A stretch of DNA of 64,000 nt from the human T2T-CHM13v2.0 reference genome, Homo sapiens: the NCBI RefSeq assembly GCF_009914755.1, contig NC_060936.1, one strand, 5' to 3'. The notes under the pieces were generated by a model that saw nothing but the letters and a program-made list of their open reading frames with translations, was not told the origin of the DNA and did no database searches. The translations under genes were made by a program, and so were the position numbers. This document shows, in pieces, positions 1 through 17,154 of the stretch (the stretch's first letter is position 1; every line of letters begins with the position of its first letter).

Positions 1-609
1 GAAAGGTGAAACAGGGGATTAACAGATGGAAAATCTGCCTCACTGGGGAAGTTCTTGCCTTAAAATCAAGCATTCTGAAGCTCCTTTTTAAATCCAAGGA
101 GAGAGCCACGGATAGGAGGATTCAGCCACAGCATTCCCCGTCACCTACTGCCTCTGACTCCCCCTGAGTAAATGCAATGGGAAAAGCAGGGAGACGTGCT
201 CTCGACTCTCCCCAGAGCAGACCCTGCAGGCGGAAGCCACCTGAATCTCACTTGCTGGTCCCTGGGCACTCTTTTGTTTGGAGAGGACTGATTCCCAAGG
301 CCACCGTTTTGCTCGTCCTGCCTCCAGGCTTGTTGACAATGAGCCTCTTGCCTTGTGAGGGCAGGAAAGCTCCAAGTCTTAGCTCCACGACCCTCCTGCC
401 AGCACCCACCTCTCCCTAATCCCCTCCTCCCTGCGCTGTCCCCACTGTGCCAGTGTTAGGCTTGGGGGATGGGGTGAGAGAGGTATCTGAATGGGAGGAC
501 CAAGGCCACTTTCGTACATAAAGCTTTCAGAACTACAGAGGAAGGAGCATTTGGGACAACTAAAATGTTGGCAGTTCAGTTCTTCTTCAATGTAAGAAAA
601 AAGGGTTCA

Positions 610-1025
<416 letters not shown>

Positions 1026-1983
1026 GGAATAAACAAGCAGCAGAATTCATTCAACCTCACACTAAGCTCTGCAGGTATTCATTGCTGCATATCCTCAGAG
1101 GACAGCAGTCAACAGACAAAGTTTGCCTTCCTGCAGGTATACTCTAGTGGAGCGACAGACAGCAAACAGGTAGATACTTCCTAAGGTGAGGTCCAGATAG
1201 TGATCAGACGCTGCTGTCACACAAATCAAGGAGGAGTAAGGGGATGGGGTCTAACTGATTTCTAGCTCTGTTAGCGTCATGGACTTTCTTCCTACTGCTT
1301 ATTTGAAATTAAAACAAAACAAAAAACAAAGAAACTAAATTTTAGGCAAAAAACTCTAGAGAAGGCAGTAACCACTAATTTTGGCGGTGTAGGAAGAAGT
1401 TCTTTGCCCCCGGGACTGATATATTTAGTCTGAAATTAAATTTCCTGAGAAGTGGTGAGATTTACCTGGAATTTTGAAAAGTTTCAAATCATTGCCATTT
1501 TTCATCCTTTGCAAACTCATTATGAAATCATTTTCCTTGACCCCTAAAACATGACAGTAACTTGGGTTTTTTTTTTCTTACACAGAGCTTTCAAAATTCC
1601 TAGAACATGTTCCTATCTCTCTGCATAAAATCAAATTAAAAATAAAGTGGCAATCAGTAGGGTTGTTTAAAGGAGAGATTGCTACTTATTCTTGCATCTG
1701 CAAAATGATTATCTAATTCTTACCTCTCTGGGGTGTCATAGAGATTCATTAGGGCTTGAGAGATCCTTGGAGACCCTGGATGAAGCACGCCACTAGAAAG
1801 GATGATCAAGAAGGAGATGGCAGCGGGGCCTTCTCCCGTGACTGGTTTGCCCTTCCAGACCCTTCTCGGCTCTGCTCTGGGCCCTGGGGGCTGGCCCATG
1901 TGAACTACAGCCCCCAGGCTCCCTTGCCCTCTGGCTTCTGGAGGGCTTTAACCAGTGGGAGGCACCAGAGAGAACTGGAGGGA

Positions 1984-2430
1984 ATGGGTTGAATTATGCC
2001 CACCCTCCCAAGAAAGCAGGTTGAAGTCCTAACTCCTGGAGCCAGTGAATGTGACCTTATTTGGAAGTAAGGTCTTTGTGGATGTACTGAAGTTGAGAGG
2101 AGATCATGCTGGATTTGAGTGGAGTCCAAATGCAATGACTGGTGTACACAAGGAGACAGAGATTTGAACATGGAGGATACAAGAAGAGGGCCATGTGAGG
2201 ATGGTGGCAAAGACTGGAGCTTCCGATAGCACCCCGTAGCCAAGGGAAGCAAAGACTAGCTGGCAACATGCCAAGCCTAGGAGAGAGGCAAGGACGGTTC
2301 TCTCTAGAGCCTTCAGAGGGATTGTGTTGCAGCTGACACCTTGATTTCGGACTTTCAGCCTGAGGAACTATGAGAGAATCAGTGTCTGTTGTTTCATCCT
2401 CCATCCGTGGTACTGTTTCGGGAGCCCTGG
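1984..2430 (+). mobile_element. MaLR LTR (MLT1-type)
   Basis: TGGGTTGAATT...GAATGTGACCTTATTTGGAA...GACACCTTGATTTCGGACTTTCAGCCT MLT1 motifs. Confidence 0.75.
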
Positions 2431-2780
2431 GACACAATGCATCCTCATCTGCCCGGCCTGATGTGTGTCTTGCGGGCGTGTGGTCCTCCACGCCCACACA
2501 CCTGTCCCACTGGGAAGTCTGTTTTCTGTGGTTCTCCTCTCTCTGGGCTCCAGCATCTCAACTGCCTTGCCCTGCCCCTAGGCCTTGGGGTAGAAACAGC
2601 TCCCAGCTGGGACTAGCGTGGGGTGTTGCACCATCCCTGGCTTTTTCCCTCCGTTATGCCCACAGCTCTATGGCTCAGCCTTTACAACACTCCCTCCAGT
2701 TAAACCACCCTGAGCAGGCTGTCTGTTCCAGCCACGACTCTGAGTGATACCTGAGAGCTAAATGCTGCACGCTCCCTCTA

Positions 2781-3227
<447 letters not shown>

Positions 3228-4136
3228 TCATAGACAGTCAAAATGGAAGGGAGCCGTTAAGACATCCTGTTGGGGTATCTTGACCCCAGTGGTTTCACTG
3301 GATTTTCCCACCTGGGGGCATCCTGTGGTTGTTTTCCTGCATCCTCTGCCCTTGCTAAATTCAGAGACCCGGACGTACATGAACAGACCCATGGCACTGC
3401 AGAGATGCTATCGGATCTGCACGTCAATCTGCAGGTGATGGATGGCTTCACTCTGCTCTGGGGTCCGTGGGGAAGCGCGTTAGCAATATCTTCTGTGTTC
3501 AAGAAGGGCAGAGGCAGGCGTGTCGTAGGATGTGGGGGAGATCTCCTTTGACAGGGATTGGAGAATATTGCTTTTCAAGAGACAATGGAAAAATAATGTT
3601 TTATTGTTTTTCAAAAACATCTCGTCCTGATCTCCACTTTCCTATTCCAACTTCAAAATGTTTCTATTTGTAACTCTCTAAGAGAATTTTAAGGATGGGT
3701 TGGATGCTCTAGGGCAATTGAAAAATATTTGCTCAGTTGAAAAATAACTATATGGACAGAATAAGTATTTTCTTGTCACAGCTGGAAATTTGCTTTGGGA
3801 TTAGGTTTAAAAATGTCCCTCCCCTCCAACTAACTGGCCCAGATTTTTGCCTAAAAAGTAAATCTCTGATGCACATGAAGCTGTTCTGCCTTGGTAGCGA
3901 TGTTTGCAGGGTCACTGATTAATTCTCCAATAAATGATACCATACCCACTGCCTGCCAGAGTCAACAATCAAAAAATTTGAGGAATCATTGCTGTCTTTA
4001 GTAGCATCATCATTATCTGAACTTTGGTTTCCCTATCAGTAAAAGGAAAGTGGGGGACTGAGGGCTAGCACTGGCCTTTCCAAGTTTAGGCTTTCATTAT
4101 GGGACTTGCTTTACTTAGAAAGTAAAGCTATGTTCT

Positions 4137-4266
4137 GGCACATGCATGCATATGTAACAAACCTGCACGTTGTGCACATGTACCCTAGAACTTAAAGTAT
4201 AAAGTATAATTTTATATATATATATGTATATATATAATTTTAAAAAAATGAAACCTGCCAAAAAAA
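4137..4266 (+). mobile_element. Extremely 5'-truncated L1PA 3' end with 18-bp TSD
   Basis: GTAACAAACCTGCACGTTGTGCACATGTACCCTAGAACTTAAAGTATAA is the L1PA terminus; TSD AAAGTAAAGCTATGTTCT at 4119-4136 and 4267-4284. Confidence 0.88.
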
Positions 4267-4278
4267 AAAGTAAAGCTA

Positions 4279-4705
<427 letters not shown>

Positions 4706-4939
4706 CTAGAACAGAAAAATCAGCGGGAATGACTTAGGTCAGCATTTTCTTCTTCCTCACTTTCCAGGTCAATTGGAGTTTGTGTAAGGTAGGAGGAGGG
4801 CCCAGGAGGGAACACCATGCCACAGTGTTGATTAATGACAGCCTTTCTCATTTTTTGCCATTTCCAAAAACCACTGAGTCTATCGTTTACTTAATATTTT
4901 TTTCTAAAGAGAGAATAGTATAGAAATTGGGCGCTCAGC

Positions 4940-5460
<521 letters not shown>

Positions 5461-5979
5461 TTAGCTTAAATAAGCTTCAGGTTACACTTCTACTTATATT
5501 TATTAATAAGAATAAAAGTATTCAGATATTATTTGTGGGTATTCAAACAGTAGTTCATAAATCACTTTACACTAGAAACCTGACTGTTACTACAGAATGT
5601 TCATCCATGTGCCGGTTAGAATCCTACTGAGTCGGGGAGGTAGCACTCTCAGTGAAATCTGTCCATAGAGCCCCGTAAACCCAGTGCCACCCTCATGTGA
5701 AGAGTGATGCCACCTGCCAGCTCACTCTCTCAATGATGAGCCCTCCCACTGGAATGTAAGAAACACAGTCCCGAGAGAAACTAGCAAGGGAGGGGGGTGA
5801 CCCTATGCTTGTGCCAATAGGAGATTGTGCCCTAAAGCTGCAGCAGCATTGCAGCCACCCTGCAGGGGTCCTGAGGTGGAGAAACCCCCAGAGAATCCAC
5901 ACGGCTCTCTGAACTTGAATGGGAAAGTTACACCTGCATTTCCACTTAACCTCTAACTGAAACTGAGCATTTTCTTCCT

Positions 5980-6690
5980 ATCATAGTCCATTCCAGCTGC
6001 TATAACAAAATGCCATAAACAGCATGGTTTATAAATAGTGGACATTTACTGCTTACAGTTCTGGGGGCTGGAAGTTCAAGATCAGCAGGTTCAGTGTCTG
6101 GTGAGGACTTGCCTCCTGGTGCATAGACAGTGGCTTCTCACTGTGTCCCCACGTGGTGGAATGGGCAAATGAGCTCTCTGAAGTCTCTTTTATAAGGACA
6201 CTGTATTAGTCCATTTTCATGCTGCTGATAAAGACATACCCAAATATGGGAAGAAAAAGAGGTTTAATGGACTTACAGTTCCACATGGCTGGGGAGGCCT
6301 CACAATCATGGTGGAAGGCAAGGAGGAGCAAGTCACATCTTACATGGATGGTGGCAGGCAAAGAGAATTTCGAACCAAGTGAAAGGGGAAACCCCTTATA
6401 AAACCAACAGATCTCCTGAGACTTATTCATGACCATGAGAACAGCATAGGGGAAACTGCCCCCCGTGATTCAATTATTTCCCACTGGGCCTCTCCCACAA
6501 CATGTACCAATTATGGGAACTACAATTCAAGATGAGATTTGGGTGGGGACACAGCCAAACCATATCAGACACTGATCCCATTCATAAGGACTTCACCTGC
6601 GTGACCTTATCACCTCCCAAAGGCCCCACCTCCTAACCCATCACCTTGGGGGTTGGCATTTCAGCATATGAATTTGGGGGACACAACCAT
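5980..6690 (-). mobile_element. MaLR LTR (MLT1A/MST-type) interrupted by THE1
   Basis: AGTCCATTCCAGCTGCTATAACAAAATGCCATA...CTGGAAGTTCAAGATC; resumes ATCACCTCCCAAAGGCCCCACCTCC after 6572. Confidence 0.8.
6202..6567 (-). mobile_element. THE1-family solo LTR
   Basis: TG...CA termini, ends GAGATTTGGGTGGGGACACAGCCAAACCATATCA, 5-bp TSD GACAC (6197-6201, 6568-6572). Confidence 0.9.
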
Positions 6691-6854
6691 TGTGAACACA
6701 GGTCATAGCCCCAAAAGCATTAGCAGCTGCCACCAAACTCACACATTTCCATGTCATAGCATATGCAGTTGATACAGATGTCATGAAATACCTTCTATAT
6801 TCTTCACTGCTTTGAAAGTAAAGCACTACATCTTATTACTTAATTCAGTAATAA

Positions 6855-7219
<365 letters not shown>

Positions 7220-7227
7220 TGTGCTGA

Positions 7228-7557
<330 letters not shown>

Positions 7558-8006
7558 TGATTTCCTGTGTGAGCACACATATCTTACTGCATGCCTTTAA
7601 AAACTTTATTCTGAGAAAAGATTCTCAGACCTCACCTGCTAGCTAGAGATGCCCACGACCCACACAGAGAAATAGCTCAGGCCTGCTGCATACAGAAGGA
7701 AACGCTCACTCCAGCCCCACTGCCACCCCAGCCTGCCGAGTCAAGGGAGGAGCCACCAAGGGCCTCTCCCTAGTAAGCACCTACTGTGTGCAAGCCTTGT
7801 TGCAGATGCTGCCAGCTCTCCTCACCCGGCATCTTTGTCCTCACTGTGCCATCCTGAGAGGCACCTCACCTCCTCCTCCTCTTCATTAAGGACTCCTTGC
7901 CCACCTCATCCCTGGAGGCCCTCCTGCCCCAAGATGGTGCTGACAGCTGCGTTCCCTGCCCCCATTCCAGCACATTGCCTGATCTGATTTTTGGCATATC
8001 CAATAC

Positions 8007-8300
8007 AATTATTGTTTTGTCTGATCATTGTCTGACATTATCTTCCTTATGTTTTCATTTGTTTGTATGTTTACTCCCCTCCCCGCTGAAATCTGGAATG
8101 TTGGCTCCTTGACAGCTGGAATTTCATCTCTCTCTCATTTTAGCCTTGACAAAATTATTGTTCTGTCTGATCATTATCTGACATTATCTTCCTTATGTTT
8201 TCATTTGTGTATATATTTATCCCTCTCCCCCAACCACCCCAGTCTGGAATGCTGGCTCCCTGACAGCTGGGATTTTGTCTCTATCTCATTTTACCCTTGA
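8007..8300. repeat. Diverged tandem duplication, ~146-bp unit x2, in L2-like sequence
   Basis: AATTATTGTT(T/C)TGTCTGATCATT(G/A)TCTGACATTATCTTCCTTATGTTTTCATTTGT...CCTTGA at 8007-8149 and 8153-8300. Confidence 0.85.
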
Positions 8301-8740
8301 GTCTCTTGCCTCCTAGTCTCCCACCAGACACTCCCTGGGGGACTGGTGAGTGCCACTCTAGGGAAACAGCAACGAGCATAACAGACATAAGGTTCCTGTG
8401 CCCAAGCACCGGCACCCCAGGCATTATCTTGTGAACATTAATCCTGTGACCATCATTCGGAAAGCCCCTGTGAGCCCTGGGTCCCCTGTCCTGCTGCCTT
8501 CAACCCCAGACAGCAGGTACTGTAGGTCTGATGCCTCCCCCCGCCCTGCAGCTCTGCTCTGCAGTGTCCCAGCTCCCTCCGCCGAGGAGTCAGGCCTCCG
8601 TGCCCAGAAAGTGCTGGGTCCTGGTCAGTGCCATGAAAAGGAGGCCAAAAATGGCTGTGAAACTGCTGGACAGCTCACGGCCAGCAGCTGCACCACTTGA
8701 GGTGGCCACGGAGCTGCTGCTGCAGGAGAAATCTAGGATG

Positions 8741-8785
8741 TAGGTGTAGGTGCAGGTGCAGGTGCAGGTTCAGGTGCAGGTGCAG
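8741..8785. repeat. (CAGGTG/TAGGTG)n hexamer repeat
   Basis: taggtgtaggtgcaggtgcaggtgcaggttcaggtgcaggtgcag. Confidence 0.85.
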
Positions 8786-8859
8786 AATCCTGGCATCAGC
8801 CAGGTCTCCCCAGGCCTGCCGCACACTCTGGTATCGCACCTGCCCATCTGTGCCATCCC

Positions 8860-9625
8860 TCGAAATGCATCTCAAATGCAGCAGTCTCCCCCCACCTCAC
8901 CACTTCCAGTCTCAGCCTAGCCCCATCATCTCACACCTGGATGTATCATCTGCCTCTGGACTGGTCTCCCCTGCTCAATGCTGACCCCTGGGAGCCCCTT
9001 CCTCACAGTAACAGCCTTGAACCGGTCATCTCCTCCCTGCTCTTGCCTCCCTGAAAAGCCCACTGCACTTTTTTAAAAAGTGCAATGTCTGGTCCACGGC
9101 GGCACGCTGAGATCTAACCTCCTTTCCCAGCCCCTCCCATGCGCTCTGCCCTGGGGCCTTTGCACTTACTATTTCCTGTACCAGGAGCCTCTTCCCCACA
9201 TTCCAAACTGTGTTCTTCCTCCTGCTGTTCAGGTCTGTGCTTACATCTTCTCAGGTGCACCTCCATCACCTGATTTAAAATAACAGCCGGCCACTCTATG
9301 CCCTGACCGGCTTGATTTTCTTGCGTAACATGACCAAATAAAATGCATGTCTATTTGTACATTCATTATCTGAATTTCCCCAGTGGGGTGTCAGCTCCAT
9401 GTGGGCAGCGGACACTCTATCAGTAGCTTCTACAACAATGCCTGGCACACAGTAGGCACGTAACAAGGAGCTGTAGGATGTATAGGTGGGTGTATGACCC
9501 GCCACATCTGCCTGCTCCACCCGGAGGCGAGGGACTCTGATCTGTTTCATGTGTTGATCACCACTGCCAAGCACAGCTCCTTCCTCATGGAAATTGCTCC
9601 GTGAATACCTGTTGCCTAAATGAAT
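8860..9625 (+). mobile_element. L2 fragments
   Basis: CCATCATCTCACACCTGG, GGGCCTTTGCAC and ACAATGCCTGGCACACAGTAGGCAC (L2 3' end). Confidence 0.65.
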
Positions 9626-10019
9626 GCAGCCCAAGGAAGATGCATTATCCTTATTGTTTGGTATATGATTATGGTGCCAAGGCTAACATTAAAAGCTGTC
9701 AGCCTTTATTCTACAGCCTCATAATTATGTCATCATTTGAAACATGTGAGAGCATTGATCTATGAATGAATTTATAATTTATTTTAAGTAATTGTCACAT
9801 GAGGAGGAAAGAAAATATTTTGGAGGAAAAAAATGGGGAATACATGTCTGTGTGGATGCAAGGGATAACTTTGGAGTGATTTCAATCTCTCTTACAAACA
9901 TCATGCACACTGGGACCTGCTTTACATCATCATCCATTCATTTTTCAAACGAGAATGGAGTTCAAGTTCTATACGTGGCCCTTTGTTCAGCCTTTGTTAA
10001 TCTTAAGAATAAAAAAAAA

Positions 10020-10276
10020 CCTGGGACAGTTTCGGTGGCTCACGCCTATAATTCCAGCACTTCAGGAGGCCAAGATAGGAAGGTGGCTTGAGCCCAGGAG
10101 TTAAAGACCAGCCTGGGCAATATAGTGAGACCTTGTCTCTGCAAAAAAAATTTTTTAAAAATGAGGCGGGAGGATTGCTTGAGCCTGGGAGGTTGAGGCT
10201 ACAGTGAGCCATGACTGTACCATTGTACTCCTGCCTAGGCGATGGGAGTGAGATCCTGTCTCAAAACAAAAAAAAA
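10020..10276 (+). mobile_element. AluJ-like with internal deletion at the start of the right arm
   Basis: A-rich linker joins directly to TGAGGCGGGAGGATTGCTTGAG. Confidence 0.85.
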
Positions 10277-10836
<560 letters not shown>

Positions 10837-11543
10837 CAAATGCAAGCTGTGGGCTAAGGGAGAGGCATGGCTGTGTTTCAGGGGTCTTTGAACTTGAGCA
10901 GGGACAGCATGGCCTTGGGGACTTGGGAAAGCCTGGGTGCCCCCCTCCAAGGTGTCTCAGGCGGCAAGCTGGCGGCAAGCCCAGGAATCTGCATCCCTAA
11001 CAAGCTCCAGGGACCCCACTTTGAGAAGCACTGCCCTGGGTCCAGGGTTGCCACACTGACGGCCCATGAGGGTCACTAGGGGGCAGGGGCTGGAGCTTCT
11101 GGCCACATCCCACACCACTTAAGCCAAATCAGCGTAGTTAGAACCTGGGCCTGTGTTTATAGTTCACTGCTCGGTGACTCCATGCACATCCAAGATTCAG
11201 CACGGCTGCCCTTGAACTTCTCACAGCTGGCTCCCAGGCTTCATCCAGGCATCTACTCAAATATCCCCTCCTCACTAGGCCCCCTGACTAACCTGCCTAA
11301 AAGAGCAACCTGGAACCCCTCTGAGCTTTCCCCACTCCCTTTGCAGTCTCATCTCTGCCAGACACGATGCTATCTGTGCAGTCAGCCTCTCCATCGTCCA
11401 TGTTCCCTCTGGGCGGTCATGCCCAGAGGCTCGGGAACTTGGCTGTGTCCACTCCCTAGTCCTCACCTTCCAGATCACTGCTCAATATCTAGTCGATGGC
11501 CAAAACATATCTACATTGAATAAGTGAGTTATAATAATGTGTG

Positions 11544-11855
<312 letters not shown>

Positions 11856-11969
11856 CTATATGTTTCTAAACTTTATGTGGTTTTGGTCCTGGTCTGGGAA
11901 GGAAAGATTCACATTTAGAAACAGACGAAGCAGTGTTATGTAATGGAGCTTTTGGTCGTAATGGTCTGT

Positions 11970-12132
11970 GTCTGCACTGTCCACTCTGGGGACCACCAGC
12001 TACATGCGGTCATTGAACACTTAAAATTGGCTAGAAAAAAAGAGGAATTAAATTTTTATTTTTATCTAATTTTAATTAATTTTAACATAAGTAGCAACAC
12101 ATGACTAGTGGCCACTTTACTGCACAGAGCAG
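11970..12132. mobile_element. MER3-like hAT MITE
   Basis: GCACTGTCCA...ACATGACTAGTGGCCAC termini with AT-rich core. Confidence 0.6.
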
Positions 12133-12379
12133 TGATAGAGAGCATCTGTGGTGATGGAGTTGACTCACTAGAAATCAAGAACCAGATTCGGCCCCAGCCC
12201 TGCAGGGAGTCACAGTCTCTTTCCTCATCATTCTTCATCTCTTCACCCTTTAGTGTGGTTCTTCTGAGATCCTCCAGTGATGGGGCTACTTTTTTTCAGA
12301 TTGTGTGAAATCTGGTATGTTAAACTCTAAAAATTAAACAACGCATAGTGGAAGATTTTGAATTCCTGGTGTTTCATCA

Positions 12380-12780
12380 GCACAATTTTGGAGCAGGTGG
12401 CAGAAACCCAACTCAACTGGCTTAATCCAAATGGAGAATGAATTAGATTGACCATGTAGCTTCAGGCACAGTTGGTTCCAGGTGCCTGAACATTTTTAGC
12501 CTAGCCATTTGTCTCTTTGTCTCAGCTCTGCTTTTTCTGTCTGTGGATTTTTTTTCTCAGGCATAGTTTCCCAAAGGTAGTTCCTGGCATCCAAGCAATT
12601 TCTCATCCCCAGTAAAAAGTCTGCCTCTTTACCAAGAGTTCCAGCAAAAATCCCAGGATTCCTCCTAACGGTATTGTCATCCCATTTCTGAAGCAGCCAC
12701 CCTGACTGTGACTGGCCAGGAATGGTGTGTGCCTGCCTCCCGCATAACCTCAGATCCAACAGGAGCCAAAATAATTGGAG
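12380..12780 (-). mobile_element. Old MaLR LTR (MLT1J/K/L-like)
   Basis: GCAGAAACCCAACTCAACTGGCTTAA...GCTTCAGGCACAG. Confidence 0.5.
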
Positions 12781-13629
12781 TGGGGATGGGGGGAAGGGGG
12801 GCTGACAAACCCCAATAGATGCCTGTGACCCCCGGCTTTACAGACACCCCAGATCTGGCTGCTACTATTTTAGTTGTAGCATACCGATCTCTATTGATCA
12901 GAGATCAGGGGCAAGTGAGCTTCAACCGGAGTGAGGCATCCGGGCCTTCACAGCCACAGACCCTCATCCCTTGGCCTAAATTCTGCCAATGTTATGAAGA
13001 CACAAAAGAGAATAAGGTGTCAGAGGCTAACAGCCCTCACCAGTGCAGCAAGGATTACTTCAGTTGATCTGTGTAAAGCACTTAGAAGAGTACTTGGCAC
13101 ATATTAAATACTATAGAAAAATATTGGCCATTATTATTAATTAGTAGCAGTAGTAACAGTAACATTAATTAGCTCTTCCTCCATGTTCATAGGAAATTGC
13201 TTTGTTTACTACAAAGGAGCTAGTTGCTGTTATTTATGATCCATACAGACTTAATTGATGTTCTTTTTCTCTCCAGATGCATACTCCAAATTTATTAGTA
13301 TTATGCTAGTTTCTGTGCTGACACACCTGGTAAAATTGTGCGCTTAAAGTCCCAGGTGAGTGGAGGAACAGGAGTAATTTTTTTCCGACTACGAAAATGG
13401 GAAGATAACAGAGTAGGAGGAGCACTCAGTCTTCTGGAAGATCAGGAGGAAAGCAACCAGCCCTTTTCTTTGCACCTCGACCATGTGTGCAGAATCAATA
13501 AGGTCACTGAATGAGAACAGTCTCCTTAGCATGAAACCTTGCGTTTTCCATTCATTTTTCTAGGCAAAGGCTTCTCCTGACCTCAAATCTTTATGGAATA
13601 TATCTCTTTAAATCCTGCATGGCTGCATT

Positions 13630-14430
13630 CAGCAGTCTTCAGAATGTGGTATGGAAACTCTTGGAGGTCCCCAAGACCCTTTCAAGGAGTCTGTGAGATC
13701 AAAACTATTTTTCTAATAGTGCTGTAGTAATTATCGATTGGTGCATAACAATTTTCCCTGAGACACAGTGGCTTAAAATAGCAATATAGGGCCAGGAATT
13801 CAGGAGCAGGTCTGTGGGGTGGTTCTGTCCTGAGGTCTTTCATGAGTTGCAGGTATGAGATTGGTGGGGGCTGCAGTCTCATCTGAAGGCTTGACTGGGA
13901 CTGGAGGATCCATATTCAAGGTGGTCTCCTCACCTGGCTGGCAAGTGAGTTCCTCCCAAGCAGGCCGCATAGTGGCCTAACAACATGGTGGCTGGCTCCC
14001 CCCAGAGATCAAGGCTGCAGAGCCTTTTATGACAGCTTCGGATGCCATACACCATGGATTCTGCTACATCCCATTGGTTACATTGACAGCCCTGATTCAG
14101 TGTTGTAGGGGATTATACACAGGGTGTGATTACTGAGGACAGGGATTACTGGGACCATCTTGGAAGCTGACTCCCCAAAATGCTATAATGTTATTTGCCT
14201 TTTTTGCTCACAGTCCCTCACAAGTGCACAGAGACATAGGATGTTGTCATCACCCTGACAATAAATATAAAGTGTGACTGTGTCATCTTGAGTTTCAAAA
14301 ACTTTTCAGTTTTAATTTCTAATGCAATGAGTATCAATAGATGCAACCTACGCCAGTAAAAGCTTTTTACAGTTCTCAATAATTTTTAAGACAATAAAGG
14401 GATCCTAAGACCAGGAATTCTGAGAAACCC
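13630..14430. mobile_element. hAT-Charlie DNA element interrupted by an MLT1 LTR (~13724-14178)
   Basis: GGTCCCCAAGACCCTTTCA...AAAACTATTTT and TTCTCAATAATTTTTAAG flank an LTR-like block with TCATCTGAAGGCTTGACTGGG. Confidence 0.6.
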
Positions 14431-14875
14431 TCACCTAGTTAAGAAGGCTGGAAGAATTAAATAGTAGTACCAAAAAGAGATGTTTGGGAAGAGTCTTTAA
14501 TTCCTGATTCTCACATGGAAATCTAGTTTTTCTTACCAAACAGTTCTTGGCAAATATGTGAGTCAAGTGTGAGTGGAGATTTCATTTATTTAACTTTTCA
14601 TCTAGATTATTCTTCACTCCTTTATGTTATACCCCACCACCAAAAAAAATCATGGTTAATAATTAATATTCCCAAGATAATGGGATAAGAGCCAAGGGCA
14701 GATGTCAAGCTAACTGCAGCTTCATATACAAAATTGCCTATCAATTAATTCATATAACAAATATTTATTGGATATCCACAAAGCACCAGGAAAATATTCT
14801 AGACTTTGAGTTCAGGAAGTGAACAAAATAATCAAGGTTCCTGCTTACCTGGTACAAGAATCACATGCCTTCCTT

Positions 14876-15165
<290 letters not shown>

Positions 15166-16833
15166 AACATGTCTTTTCATTAATGAAACCAAAAAGTAAG
15201 GAGACGGGACTTGATTTAGAAACCAGTGCTTCTCTATCTGAGGACAGATGGCTTTGAAAATATCTGCGTGCTGCTTCTTCGTAATTCATTATGTCTCAAG
15301 GGAATGGCCCCAACACTAACCCAAACAAATTAGAAAGTGCTTTCCATATGATAATTGACTTCCCTTTATCAGAAAATACATGATGCCTGCTATGTGAGTG
15401 ACACCTCCTGAGATGTGGAGCCCTTGTGCTGTGCACAGCCTGTCCAACTGTACTTGGCAGCCTTGTGCGATCTCATCTACAAACTGAGTAAAACCCACTT
15501 TCCTTCGTTACAGAGAAACAGACGCCATCTATAGGGTGTTCATTCCTTCATTAGTTTTTCCTTCACCTGCATTTTAGGTTTTAGCACCAAACCAAAGACT
15601 TTGACTCTGGCTTTGCCTGTGCCAGAGCCTGAAGTTACTGTTATTATTAGCTTAAGATTCATGGTATCCCTTTTATTTCCTTTCCTTCTGAAGGGGCCTG
15701 GAAAAGGCTGGATTTATTAGGAAATGAGTATATGAGCAGTAGATAGTTCCTTTTCTAAGTATAACTGTCAGGCAGCTGTAGGGAAGAAGCAGTTTTCATT
15801 CTTGTAAATGCTGGGCTGGTGTGTGTGCACATATCACCCACAAAAAATAATGGGGATCAGGTTACTCAGAGCAAGTATTTTAAAGCAAGCATTTGCTGTA
15901 ATCAGACCTAGATTCACTTACAAATGTGTTCCTGACATTATCTCCAATACATGCTTTCATAATGTTAAGAGATTCTAAACAGCAAACTTGCTAAGATACT
16001 GCATTGTATCCTATAATTGAAGCAAAAAAAGTTTTCAGAATGCTTACAGAATTCCTGCTGTGCTCAAGTGCAGAAATCACCAAAGCCGAAGTCCCTGCAT
16101 ACTAAAGATTCTTGAAAGTAAAAATGAAAAGGAATTGTTAATGGAATTTCATTTTCAAGAACCTTAGGTGGGTGCAGATTAGAATGAGAATTAATCTTGA
16201 GTATTTTGCTTTGTAAATTAATATGAGAATAGCTAGATGAAATGAGTTTTTTCTTTTTTTTTTTTTTTTGGTTTCTATCTGGATTTTGTCATGGAGTTTA
16301 AAAAGGTCAAAATCAGCACATTCATTTATTTTATTAAAAAGTGTTCTTTGTGCCTTCCAAGCACACATATGGGAGAGTTCTGTTTTCCCTTTGAGGGGCC
16401 ACCTGCCACCAGGTTACACATGAGCCCCTGAAACAGATCTCCATTGTCTAAAAGCAACCCACAGTGAAGTTGTAACCTCTCAGGGTTGCAGCAGAACATT
16501 GTAAGAGCCATGGGCAACTTACAGTTTTATTTCTGAACCTAAAGAGAACTTCTGAAAAGCCAGCGCTCCCAGGTGGATGTCACTCACAGTGTACAGTCCC
16601 AACATGCCAGCTCCCTGCCCTAAAACCTTTATCTGAGAGGGAGTTTCCTCTTGCCCCCAAGTTGTGACAAAGGCACAAAGGTGAGGATAAGAGTTCTAAG
16701 TGCCACACATCCTGCATTCGGAGAGCCCCAGAAGTCGGGTCTAGCCACCTCCCCATAGCTGCCCAATCTCGGCTTTATTCCCTGTGGGAGGCAAGCTCTG
16801 CCAGTTCTACTAGGTTCTCAGGAGATGTTCTAA

Positions 16834-17142
<309 letters not shown>

Positions 17143-17154
17143 TCATCCACATTT

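Noticed and set aside
4744-4773. Possible recursive splice site (long pyrimidine tract, CAG|GTCAAT)
   Set aside because: The regenerated donor is poor versus GTRAG and no convincing partner donor was seen.
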